Shown piece after piece: positions 50,409 through 62,900 of a stretch of DNA of 64,000 nt. This stretch comes from Curvularia clavata. Its lineage: Eukaryota. The translations under genes were made by a program, and so were the position numbers. Within the stretch, counting starts at the first letter, position 1. Every line of letters begins with the position of its first letter. The notes below the pieces were generated by a model. It was not told the origin of the DNA. It saw nothing but the letters and a program-made list of their open reading frames with translations, and ran no database searches. The stretch lies in the NCBI GenBank assembly GCA_023920165.1, contig CP089277.1, positions 2,914,001-2,978,000 of the forward strand. Reading direction: 5' to 3'.

Positions 50409-52538
50409 ATGCGGCTCTCCATCGGCTTCGTGGCGAGCCTGCTAACCCTGACGATCTCTGCTTCGAGTGACAGTAAGCTCTTCTCGCGCCAAAACAACAA
50501 CACGGACTACAAGCTTGGATTTACTCCCCTCAAAACGCAATGGACTGATACTGTTGGAACCAACCCATGGCCTGAGTATCCACGGCCACGCCTCCAGCGA
50601 TCAGAATGGAAGAATCTCAATGGTGTCTGGCGATACCAGAATACCACCAATGGCTCAGACGCCTCACCACCATTTGGACAACGGCTCCAGGATCCAGTCT
50701 TGGTTCCCTTCTGCTTGGAGAGCGCTCTGTCAGGTGAGCACTGTTCACACGCACTTACTGAAGTTTACTAAAACCAGCGCAGGTGTGACTGGCAAGGGGC
50801 GCATCTGGAGCTGGTACCAAACGTCATTCGATGTCCCGTCGTCATGGCCAAGCGGAAATAGTGTCATTTTGAACTTTGGTGCCGTTGACTATGAAGCTAC
50901 AATCTTCGTCAACGGTCAAAAGGCTGGATTCCACAGAGGTGGCTATTTCGAGTTCAGTGTTGATGTAACTCCGCATCTGAATTCTAACGGGACTAATGAG
51001 CTGTGAGTGTGTTGAGCTCCAAGAAGGACGAGGATAAAAAAAGCTAATGACTATGCAGCTTGGTATACACTTATGACCCAACTGACATCGACCGCGTTCA
51101 GATTCCAATTGGAAAGCAAACCTTGAACCGCGGTGGAATGATCTGGTATACGCCCTGCAGTGGCATATGGCAGACGGTGTGGCTTGAGTCCACGCCGAAA
51201 GACCATATTTCGAAGCTTGATCTAACAGCGGATATGAATGGAGAAGGTTAGTTATTCATTCGTGTTTCTGGGCCTGGTTGCTCACACCCTTTAGTCACTG
51301 TCACTGTGCACAGTAGTGCCAACTCAAGTGCCTCATATGATATCACGATTCATGAACTTGATTCAGCCGATGCCAAAGCAAAGGCTACAGGTACCAGTGG
51401 GAGCCAACTTACTTTTAATGTGGATTCACCTCAGTTGTGGACCCCAGATAGTCCCACCCTGTACAATATCACCATCAAGATGGGTGATGATGTAGTGCAG
51501 AGCTATACCGGATTCAGAACCATCTCAAGAGGTGTCATCGGCGGTGTGCAGCGGCCCCTTCTCAATGGAAAATTTGTTTTCCCATTTGGCACCTTGGACC
51601 AAGGATATTGGCCGGATGGCATATATACGCCCCCTAGTGCAGAGGCCATGGTATACGATCTCAAAGTACTCAAGAATGTCGGCTACAACATGGTACGCAA
51701 GCATATCAAAGTTGAACCAGCATTATACTACCGGGCTTGTGACGAAATGGGCATGATGGTCATCCAGGACATGCCTTCATTGCGTCCTGATTTGCCTGAT
51801 CCTGGAAACTGTGGAATCATACGACTGGAGCCAGGCGCGCAAGCTGAGTTCGACCGGCAACTCCAGCTCATGGTCGAGCAGTTGAAGTCGCACCCCAGTA
51901 TTATTGCCTGGACAATCTACAACGAGGAGTGGGGCCAAGCAACTCAGCCGCCATGGCCTGAGTTTGGGTTAACAGATATGCTGCGAAGGATCGATCCGAC
52001 TCGCCTTGTCAATGCTGTAAGTGGATGGACCGACCACATGGCCGGCGACTTTGACGACAACCACCATTACTCAACGCCCCAATGCGGAGCGCCCTTCTGG
52101 TCAACCCAAGGTGGTGGCTACGACTCAGCCTACGACCCTGGCCGCATTGGTCTGCAAGGCGAATTCGGCGGTATTGGTACCCAGCTGCCAGAAAACAACT
52201 TTGAACACGCGTGGTACAAGGATCTGGGTCGACAAACCGCCTACGAGCTCACGAACAGTACGATTTATTGGAATTACCGCTGCCACGACCTGCTCGTTCA
52301 GTTGCGCGAGCAAATCGACTTATTCGCTTGCTCGGGCGGCGTATGGACGCAAACGACAGACGTGGAGGGTGAGGTCAATGGAATGATGACATATGATCGG
52401 AAGGTGATTAGGATGAACGAGACCATGTGGAAGGAGGATATCCAAGCCCTATACGATGCTGCAGCGAAGCGTGGAAACAACTCTTCCATGGTCATTAGGG
52501 ATTCTGGAATGGAGAGCATGCAGCACGGCATATTCTAA
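50409..52538 (+). CDS. Secreted glycoside hydrolase family 2
   Basis: Signal peptide; introns 50734-50782, 51003-51058, 51247-51294; motifs PEYPRP..WKNLNGVW, LNFGAVDY, GTLDQGYWPDG, NMVRKHIK, YNEEWG, GEFGG. Confidence 0.94.
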
Positions 52539-52592
52539 TGTTCTTGATATCTACAACTAAACATTTGGTTGGCCATCACAAATCCAACTAGA

Positions 52593-53279
52593 TCACTTTC
52601 CTCCACTCGCTGCTTGCCTCGCCCTCCACTCGTCCTCCAACATGCCCATAGTAACCGTATCATACCACTGTCCCTCATACCACACTGCATCCCTTTCTCT
52701 TCCCTCCATCACAAACCCTAGCCGCTCATATAGCCGTATCGCGCCTGTATTCCATCCAAACGCCTTTAGCCGAATACTATGCAATCCTGCGCGCCTGAAA
52801 CCCAAATCCAATGCCCAATTAATCGCCTCACTGCCATACCCTCTTCCCTGATACTCCGGCAAGATATCGATTGCGAAATCCATGGTCCGATGGCACTGCT
52901 GATGAATCGTCGTAGGCGCAGAATTGATCTGTCCTACGGGGACTCCCAGCTCGTCTTCTTCATCCGCACTTGCATTCTGACCAGCAGCTAGCCTGGCTTT
53001 CTTGCGCTCTGCAATCTCGGCTTTCTTTTCTGCAGAATTTGGCAAGACGATTATCGCGGCGAGGAGGGATTCGCCTTCGCCGCCGCTTTCCTTCATGTGC
53101 TCATCTGCGTCCCGGGCGTCAGGTAGCTTGGTGGTGTCGTGCGAGCTGCCGAAGTATGTGGCGGGATTTGTGGCTAGGGTCCGAAAGAGAGATATGTCGG
53201 ATGGGCGTTGGGCGCGGTAGAGTAGCCGTGCGCTTTGCCAAGGGGAGTAGGAAGGGGGAAGGGGATTGTTTGGGGGCAT
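52593..53279 (-). CDS. GNAT (RimJ/RimL-like) N-acetyltransferase
   Basis: Likely start MPPNNP; ILPEYQGRGYGSEA, NTGAIRLYERLGF, MGMLEDEW. Confidence 0.9.
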   Translation of the reverse strand: MPPNNPLPPSYSPWQSARLLYRAQRPSDISLFRTLATNPATYFGSSHDTTKLPDARDADEHMKESGGEGESLLAAIIVLPNSAEKKAEIAERKKARLAAGQNASADEEDELGVPVGQINSAPTTIHQQCHRTMDFAIDILPEYQGRGYGSEAINWALDLGFRRAGLHSIRLKAFGWNTGAIRLYERLGFVMEGRERDAVWYEGQWYDTVTMGMLEDEWRARQAASGGK

Positions 53280-53806
53280 TTTCCAGACTCTTTTTTTTTC
53301 GTCGAGCAGATATAGAGAAGAGATGATGTGATAGCAGGGTTGAGATCTGGATGTGAGAGAATTTAAGAGATGTGCGTGGTTCTTGGGTATCTTGGTACTA
53401 TTCATGTTGTCTTTGTATACCAATCATAGAGCAGCCTGCGTATAGTTATAAGATGGGGCCGTGCTAGTGCCGGCGTCGTGTCGCACCGCTATGCGCCCTT
53501 TTTCGATATGAAACTGTATGATACGTTGTTGGAGAGAAGCAGAGCTGACAGCTGCTAGACGAAGAATGGAGCGGACTGGCGCGGCTCACATAAGTATATG
53601 CACGTATGGGCGGAACAGACATGGTTCTATACGAAGATCGTCATATTCGTGTGTCACAACGTAAATGCCTAGAATAGTAGTATACAGGGGCTACAATAGC
53701 CCTTGAAATCGCATGTAGCCACGGAGTGGAAAAACCAGATTTGTTGGTGGAGTGCGAAGTATATGCACCGGTGATAGCCCCACTATTCAGTCCTCTTTCC
53801 ATGCGC

Positions 53807-54866
53807 TTACAGCGAAATCTCACCCCTCCAAGTACCTTCAGTCAAGCCTAGCGTCTCAATGCAGTGCTGCCATCTCGGTCCACCTCTCTCCTTCCTCCTG
53901 AGGTACTGCAGTAGCTTTTGTCTCCTGTGTACCAGTAACCGTAGGTTGCGCTTGTTGTGCTTGTCACCCTTTCCTCGTGTCTGCAAGAAATCCGCCAGTG
54001 TCTTGATCTTGGCTGTCAGGATGGCGATCTGGACTTCAGAAGATCCAGTGTCCGGTCCTACTCGCTTGGCTGCTGCGGCAATATTTGTTTCTGGACGGAC
54101 TGCGCGAGTCTCCTCTACGCCGGAGCGGTTAAGTGATGGCGCTTTTGGTGGGAAGATCTTGTCGGTGTTATGGCGTCCAAAAGTCTCGACACATCGTGCA
54201 ATATTGACGCGCATGCGGTCTTTGCTGGACCCATTTTCGAGAGCAGTGATTCGCCTGATCGCCTCTACTGCACGTGCATGATCCTTCTCGTTCTGCTCCT
54301 GAATTTCTTGGACTGACTTCTCAATGGCCCTTGTCTGGTCATATCGCGATCCATCGTTCCAGGGATAGGGTCCGGGCGTGGCTTGCTTTGCGATTCCACT
54401 CAGTGGGACGGCCAACTTTTGACTCCTCTTCAGTTGTTGCTCGACAGTGGCCGGGTCGAATGCGTAGTTAAGATGCGTCCGGTCCTGAGGAATCTTCTTG
54501 CCCTCCTCATGGGCAATAGGCTTGCCAGTATCAAAGGACTCAACGAATGGGGTTGATACACCGCGGACAGGGTTTCCGAGGCTAGCCACGCGGGCTTGTT
54601 CGAGTTCAGCTCGCCGAGATAGGTTGGCTGCCTTCTTGCGGTTGCGCTGTGCAACTATATAGGGGTCGCTGGCGAGGCGCTTCTTTTGTCGCTCAATTGA
54701 TTCGGCCTGGAACCGCGATGTCGACACAAAAGTCCGGATCGGAAGGGTGAATTGAGCAGAAACGGAGGGTGCTGTGACACCGTTAGCACTGTATATTAAA
54801 TCTGAATAATACGAACTCACATGTCGATGCCCGCAGGCATGACAGAGCTGGTATTCGCGGCGGCAT
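53807..54866 (-). CDS. MRPS28: Mitochondrial small-subunit ribosomal protein uS15m
   Basis: Presequence-like [15 protein letters not shown]; intron 54820-54772; S15 motif [38 protein letters not shown]. Confidence 0.92.
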
Positions 54867-55090
54867 GGCTGGCTGAATACACACTCACTGCCATTCACCC
54901 GCCGCGAATCTTTTGCGGATCTCCAGTATCGGAGCGTAGGTTTCGCCGCGCCGACAAGTCCCGGTTCGGCGCGATACCGTTTGCGGCCGCTAGCTCGCAC
55001 TCAAATATTCGTATCATCAAGTCCCCTCCAAAAGTTCTCCCGCACGCATCACGACAACTTCTCTATAGCCACCAGCGCCAAACCGTCAAA

Positions 55091-56130
55091 ATGGCCCCTT
55101 CCAACCTCCCCGCCATCTTCAACCCCACCCAGCAGGATGTTGAGATGCTCCTCGCTGCTCAATGCCACCTCGGTAGCAAGAACCTCCAGGTCCACATGGA
55201 GCCCTACCTGTGGAAGACCAGGCCCGACGGTGTCAACGTCCTGAACATTGGCAAGACCTGGGAGAAGATTGTCCTGGCCGCCCGCATCATTGTCGCCATC
55301 GACAACCCGGCTGATGGTACGTTTGGGCGCGCAAATTCGAGATATCTGAACTTGGACTTTGCGCAAACATAGCCCAGTGCTTTTTGCTGACACAAGACAG
55401 TCTGTGTCATCTCCGCCCGTCCCTACGGACAGCGTGCCGTTCTCAAGTTCGCCTCGCACACTGGCGCCACTCCCATTGCTGGTCGTTTCACCCCCGGTAA
55501 CTTCACCAACTACATCACCCGCTCTTTCAGGGAGCCCCGCCTGATTATCGTCACCGACCCCCGCACCGACGCCCAGGCTATCAAGGAGGCTTCCTACGTC
55601 AACATCCCCGTCATTGTAAGCAGAAACACCCGAAAAGAAAGAGACTGAAATTTGGAGCTAACCTGGAATAGGCTCTTTGCGACGGTGACTCTCCCACCGA
55701 GTACGTCGATGTTGCCATCCCCACCAACAACAAGGGTCGCCACGCCATTGGTCTCGTCTGGTGGATGCTTGCCCGTGAGGTCCTCCGCCTCCGTGGTACT
55801 CTCGCCAACCGCGAGACTGAGTGGGATGTCATGACTGACTTGTACTTCTACCGCGACCCTGAGGCTGAGGAGAACAAGGACAGCGCTGGCGTTGAGGAGG
55901 CCAAGGTCCCCGGCGCTGACGAGGTCGGCCCTGCCGCCGTTGCCGATGGCTTCACCAGCGAGTGGGAGGTCTCTGGCGCTTCCGCCGGTGCTTTCACTGC
56001 TCAGGCTGCTGCCCCTGGCACCAGCTGGGACGCTGATGCCGCCGACTGGGCTGCCTCTGGCGATGCCCAGACTGGCAATGAGGGCTGGGGTGCCGAGGCC
56101 GCTGCCCCCACTACCACTACTCAGTGGTAA
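55091..56130 (+). CDS. RPS0: 40S ribosomal protein S0 (uS2)
   Basis: [54 protein letters not shown]. Introns 55317-55400 and 55616-55671. Confidence 0.98.
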
Positions 56131-56743
56131 ATGTCGTTATGAGCATCTTCGTCAATTCTTCTCTTACATACCCTGTCTTTGAAAAACAACGGCATGTCGG
56201 CGTAGGAGTAGGCAATGGGAAAAGGAAAATATGAGACCATTTGACAACGACTCAACAAGCAATGCATGATTGATAGGACAGGGGTGTGTTGAGGGATATG
56301 ATCAATGCTATGCGCTTATGAGGGAAAGATATCCATACTTGTCTGCAGGTATGGGGGAAAGCCCTGTGCTGGCGATCGGGTTGTACTTAAATGGCGCCCA
56401 ATCCTTCAATGCGAACCTTGATTCTACATCTTGTTTGAATGATTATCTGCGACTTGATGTGTTTGTGACATGACCTGTTGCCGCTGAAAAGATTTTTGTA
56501 AGTGGGAATTCGAGCAAGTCAACCGTGATTTTGATTTGTCTTGTGCCCGACCGCCAGCGGGATATCTATGCAAAGTGAAACTTCCCTCATACCATCATTA
56601 CAATATGCGTTATGTCCCATCCACCATGCCATGTCAAGTAAGTAAAGTCGAAACTATATACAGGAAGACATGTGCGTATGACGATAGCTCCGTCTCAATC
56701 CCTTAATAGAGGAAGAAAGGGGAAGTAGAAGAGCTAAACAAAT

Positions 56744-58275
56744 TTACAACCAAGCAAAGACGGCCAAGACACCAACGAGTAGGGCTGCTGTGCTCTTGAA
56801 CTCCTTGCCCAGGCCATCTGCCGCTGCCCCAGCAGAGTTAGTAGCAGCCGGATCGGCAGCTCCAGAAGCTGTGCCTTTTCCTCCTGAAGTAGGCGTTTGT
56901 TTTGCGCCCGAGGAGGCTGACGTGGGGTTGTTGTCGTAGTTGTGCTTCTGACCTAGGGTCGGAAGAACTGATGTAGGAACTACTTCCCACGCTCCCTTGG
57001 TGAAAGCTGGGCAGGCGATGGAGGTCTGCGTGGGATGGTAGTTAGAGGCCTTGATGCCGGTGGGGTTGAGGGTTTTCCAGACAGCGGAGAGGTTGGGGAA
57101 ATCTGGCTCGACGGGCGTGGGTTTGCCTAGTCGTATTAGCATATGTTTGTGATTATTGTTATTTTCCGTCTATTTCCAAACATACCTGAGCGAGGAAATC
57201 CATCTGGTGGGGCATCGGGGCTGGAAGGATCAACCTTGGGGCCATAGCTGATGAGGCCGTAGTTGTTCTGCTCCTCGATCCACTCGTAGATTATACTGCC
57301 GGACCAAACGTCGGCCATTTCACCGAATAGCGCTTCCTGGTCCTTGAAGTCACGCGGCCGGACGGTGTTGCAACCGGTCTCGCTCATGAATATGGGCACG
57401 GGAAGATCCTTTGCATTTTTCTCTAGATTGTCGTAGCCAGCCTGCTGGTAGGAGCTGTCGCCGCACCAGGAATACGCGTTCAGAGCGAAGAAGTCGATGC
57501 GCTCGGAGGCATTGCCACCGCAGGCAAGGTAGTCTTGCAACATGGGACGGAGAGAAGCAATATCGGCGGCCGAGTATCCGATAGGAATGTTTCGGTAGCC
57601 TTTCTTGTCGCGGTAGGCCTTCATGTCGCGGGCAGCGGCCTTGATGTAGGGAGATGTGACGGATCCGTTTCCAGTAGTGATGGCTTCATTTCCGACGAAG
57701 AACCCGGCAACATTGTCGTACTGTTGGAACTCGTCCATGACCTGGGCATAGGCATCGTATTGGTCCGACTCCCACCGAGGAGAGGTTTGCTCAACATATG
57801 TTTCAAAAGTATCGAGATCGACCCAGATGTAGACTGTTCGGCTAGTTAGTATTTGGGCTGCGATTTTCGAGACAAAAGGCTGCTAATATAGCACCTGAGG
57901 CCCATGGAGTTCCCCAGTATACGTACTTCCAGCATCCGCAAAAGCCTTCATGCAATCTTTGTGATCCGCAGTAGGATCAACATGATAGACGCGGATTGAG
58001 TTTGCGCCAATTGTTTTCATGAGCGCAGAGTCGAGACCGCATTGTGTTGCGTCGACGAGAGGGTCGTCTGGGACTAATTGGTATGCGATACCTGATTTAC
58101 GTTATTAGAAGCCGTTTCTTTGACAGTGCTTTTTCGACAATGTATTTGTACCTTTAACATAGAACTGATTGCCCTCGCTGGTAAAGAACTTGGAGCCCTT
58201 GACTTCGATTGTTGGAATGGCTGAAACGACAGCGCTCAAGCCGGCTAATACAGCCAGCGACAGGGATTGAACCAT
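56744..58275 (-). CDS. GH72 beta-1,3-glucanosyltransferase (Gel/Gas family, no X8/CBM43 domain, GPI-anchored)
   Basis: Signal peptide; introns 58151-58092, 57926-57834, 57185-57127; motifs KGIAYQ, NSIRVYHVD, FFVGNE, YSWCG, FMSETGC, WSGSIIYEW; hydrophobic C-terminal GPI signal. Confidence 0.95.
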
Positions 58276-59960
58276 AGCGAAGTTGAACGATTGGAATGGT
58301 TCCAGATATGTTTTGTTTACAATTAGGAATCAGGCGAACAGAAGCTCGACTCGTCGCTCAATCGGAAATATGCACGCAAACGCACTAGACGCTACCTGTG
58401 CGACACCGGACCGCACACGTAGTAAAAGTACAAGCAATGGTTCAGAAAACACCAAACGACTGTGGTATAGGAACGAGGGTGCGCGAGCAAAAGCGCGCAA
58501 ACGAGGGCGGACAGCGAATGTTTATCAAGTCGGCAGGAGAGAAACAAGGAAGACGCGCCCCCATACACCTACCCAAAACCCAGGCCGTCGATCCTTCCAA
58601 TCTCCATGACGTTCTGGCTAAGATAGCCATGGTGCCGCACCATAATTCCCGCTTGTAGCTGGTGCTAAGCAGGCTCCTCCAGTTGAAGGCGCCGAACGGG
58701 CAAACGAGGCGGATCAATGAAGTTGACAAGAGGACAAGCGCAGTGGAGACGTGCGTGGGTACTGCGACACGCACCTGCTGTGGTTATTGGCTGTGGTCGA
58801 CTTAAGCCTATGTGGAGCGCATTGCTTGATGCACCTAAGCGGGACACGGCAACACACTGGGAATTGCTTGGTCGTGTAGGTTATGCACATTGGTGGCTGA
58901 CAAGAGTTGGTCGGAGAGCCGATGCGTTCACAAATACAAGTTTCTTTGGAGCTAACAATATGCATTAAATTTTTTTCCTTTCTGCTTACTGCGCGCCGAA
59001 GAACAGTCTGCGTGCGCGATGGCTGACCGGCTCTTTGAGTCTGCTGTTATCAATTGCCAAACACGGGTGGCTACACTGACAGCCCGTGTAATCTTGTTCG
59101 TAATCTCCGCCCAATACCTGTTACCGCGACGTAAGATAGCCATGGGTTCCGGATGGCCTGTCAGAGCTCTGATTGCGCCAAGAATAGCCCCATGCCAAAC
59201 ACTAGTTAGCTGGCTGTTAGCCCCCCACGTCTTGCCCAGATACACCACACCGTGCTTTTTCTGAACCAAACATCGTGTGTATTAGTTCGCTGGCTAAGTA
59301 TCTCTCCACCTAGTTCTCGTGACCATATAGTCCTGTATGGCCTTTTCACTCGTTACCTCAAACGACACCAAGCTATTGTATTCCCTGTACTAGTATTGAA
59401 CGAGCCATAAAGTCCCCACGGAGTCCAACCCTCTCCTACAGGCGTTTGGTCCACTATCCTGCGCATACGATTCTCATGTGATTTGGGTGCAGTAGCCGCT
59501 ACGATGTCGGCATCGGAAGAAGAGCCGAAAGAGTCGATGCACGTTGTTTGACACCAATTGGAATAATGACCTTGCGGCCTAGGGACAGCAGCGGCCGCCG
59601 AACCCTCAGACCTCCAATGTTCTGGTTCATGTTGGGTCGTGTGCTCGAACGTTGAAGGCATAGTCTTCGTGTGACTACTTGATTTATTTGAGTCAGTGAA
59701 AAGGAAATAGACAAAGGGACTGGGAGCAAATTTTGTGAATTCTTAATGGCGAGCAGCGCGTATTTGCAGATATGTATGTACATGATTATCAATAACTTGT
59801 CGATACAAAATTGTTCCAAAATAATCAACAGCGAGAGGAAGCAGCCTTGCTAAGTCGTTATCGTCGTAGAGTAAAGAAAAAAAAAGTTACACTCTGTGTC
59901 CAAAGATGAAAAACTCCCTTTCACTGGTATCTCCCTAATCCGTCCCCTTGCCTAAACCGT

Positions 59961-62900
59961 TTACAACTCCCCCGCGCCATTCCCAGCAACCACATCCCTC
60001 ATGCGCACCAACAACTCCGCAACGCGAAAAGGTTTCCCAACAACATGATCCATACCTGCCTCAACCGCCTTTTCAATCTGCTGCTGTCTCACATTCGCCG
60101 TAACACCAATGACCGGTACTCTCCCCATCAACAAGCCCTCATTTTCTAGCCTACGAATCTCACTTACCGCCTCAAGGCCGTTCATGATGGGCATTTCCCA
60201 GTCCATTAGAATGAGGTCAAGGAGGATCGGGGGGACTTCGTCGTAGCCAAAGGGCATTGGCTCGGTCGAGGGGACGTGGTATGTTTCTTTGCGGGATAGC
60301 GAGAGGGAGAGAGGATGTGCATGGTTCCAGAGGGATGTTTTGGGCAGGAACTCGAGTGCTTCTTGGCCGTGGTTTGCGACGCTGATTTCGCAACCAAGGT
60401 TGCGTAGTTGTTTTGCAAGCACGCGCTGGTTGACTAGGTTGTCTTCGACGATGAGGACATGGAGGGGTTCGGGGGCGCGCTTTTTGGTGGGCCTGGGGTC
60501 TTGAGAATTAACCTTTTGACCATTTCCAGCCATAGCGGAATCGGATTTGAAGTGCGTTAATGGGGACTGGATGGTGTGGGCGGATGGCCGTCGAATCGTC
60601 GGATCGGTAACTTTCGCTATTCGGGCGTCTTCGGTAGTAAAGGAGCGCAAAGGAGGCGAGGGCCTTGTCGAGCTCACCAAAGGCCTGTGTTTGACATCTT
60701 CAGGAAACACATGCGGTAAGCTTCCGTTTCGCGTAGTGGTAGGTTTTGTTTTCCTCGTTTTGATGTAGAAGGAAAAGGTACTACCCTTCCCGGGTTGACT
60801 TGAGAGGCCAATAGAACCACCTTGCAATTCAGTCAGGCGTCGTGATATAAAAAGACCTAACCCAGAACCTCCATAATGTATGTGTGTACGGGGTGAAGCC
60901 TGTGAAAAACGAGTAAATAAGGTGCCCCTCTCCTCTTCTGAAAGGCCGCGGCCAGTGTCGGAAACGGAAAACTGTAGGTAGAATAAATCCTGGGCATGCT
61001 TCCAATCCTCTGCAAGGTGTCGATCGTGTTCTACAAGTCTCTCCTCGTTGAATTGGATGCCTCCTGGACTTGATGTGGGCTCAGTGGCACTGGCAGAAAG
61101 TATCATCTTCACCATTTTAGTCTTCTCAAGGCGGGTGAATTTAATAGCGTTGGTAAGGAGATTAATCAGAATTTGCAACACCCTCGTTGGATCCAGAGAC
61201 GTCCAGTCGATTTCCATGTCCCGATAAGATTGGCCGATGTCTAACGAAATATCGATGCCTGCAGCTTTTGCTTCCGCTTCGAACATTCTGACAGCATGTC
61301 TTGCTATGTTTTCAGGCTGCGCAACGACGGGTGTCATGTCTAGAAGCCCAGAGTCAAGCTTGGATATCGTGAGAATGTCGTCTACAATGTGTCTCATGTG
61401 CTGAGCGCATTGAGCAATAGTCTGCGCAGCATCCAGAGTGGATTCCAAGAATGTTGACCATCCGTTCGTAGTTATAGTATGGCATTCGTCGTGGCCATAC
61501 GCAGATATGATCGAGTCCGCGCATTGCATTATGGCACTCAAAGGATTGCGCATCTCATGCGAAGTCGTGTCGATGAAATGTTCGAGATGTTGTTTTCCTT
61601 GAAGCGCGCTGTCGGTACGAAACTTTTGCATACCTTCGGCCCATTTCTGTTTTGAGATGTCGATGATGTTGCCAACTATCTCGACCAATTCACCACTAGG
61701 TCCCAGTTCGGGATATGCCGAGCACCAGATCCATCTGAAGTGCTCCGTGTCTTCAGGCTGTAATTGTGTAAGTTCTGAGGGTGGTAGCCATGGCATCCTC
61801 GTTCGCAGCTCGAAGCAAACGCTTTCGTGGTTCATCACCAGTTTCGCAAAGACGGATTCGCAGAAGGGGATGTCCTCTTCAAAGGCAATCTTGTCCCATG
61901 CCTCTGTAGCATTAGTGACAAACTTGGCGATATCAAACATGTCGTACCAGCGCTGGTTACGGTACGTGTATTCGCCAGTGGGGCTCGCTGTGAAAATGGC
62001 AACGTCGGAGCGCTCTGCGAAGCGCTGAAATTTGCCTTCCTCCAGTTTTATCTCTGCCAACAACTGCTCCTGAATCTGTGCAGCCTGAGCGACGGCATTC
62101 TCATGTTGCCGAACCTCTTCCTCGAAGAGAACGACGGAAGCTAGTGAAGTGGCAAGCAAGCGCACCATGACCTGGAGGTATTTCTGGTAATCCTCATCAA
62201 AGGGCCTACGGGGATTGAGGCCAATTATTAGAAAGCCTTCGACCTGATTTCCGGTGGTTGGAATGATCGGACACACGACAATCGTATGACAGGGGTCTCC
62301 ATAGCCTCTCCATTTGATCCCTTTCAAAGTAGCCTCGGAAGCTGGGAGTTGATCCAGATATACGACAGTAGCTTTTCTAGATTTTGCAGCGCGACGCAAG
62401 AATGGATGAAGCAGATAAGAGTCTTCATTGATATTGATGGTAGCGGGAGCAATGGGGTGATTAGCCTCCACACCGATGGCGCCCTTGAGCACACATCCAT
62501 CGAGTGGTAGAGTGCTTCCCGGTGAACACGTGGATGTCATTTCGGCGCTTACATGTCGCTCAGCAGCATACAAGAGAGCGAGCGGCACATCTTTGTCGAT
62601 CAAACTTAGAGAGCTCAAGGTTGTGTTCCAGAAAGACGGAAAGTCTCGAGCATTGGCACTCTGGGTACCCAAGGCTACGAGACTAGAAACGCGGCGTTCG
62701 AGGAGACGGTGTCCAGTGACTTCGAAGAAGGTTTGGTAGTAGGCCTTTACGTTGCAATGACTATCCAATATTGGCACAAACTGGAAGGACCAATGCGTCT
62801 CTTCGAGATATCCGTCTCTGTCAATGAAAAGCAGTATATCTGACTCGTCCAAGGACTCGCCCGTATCTTTGATGTGATGGACCATGGTTTGAAACGCGGG

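Noticed and set aside
9258..56130. Clustering of ribosome-related genes (HAS1, NOP58, RPC17, uS15m, RPS0) as a functional cluster
   Set aside because: They are spread over 47 kb among unrelated genes, and enrichment cannot be distinguished from chance here.
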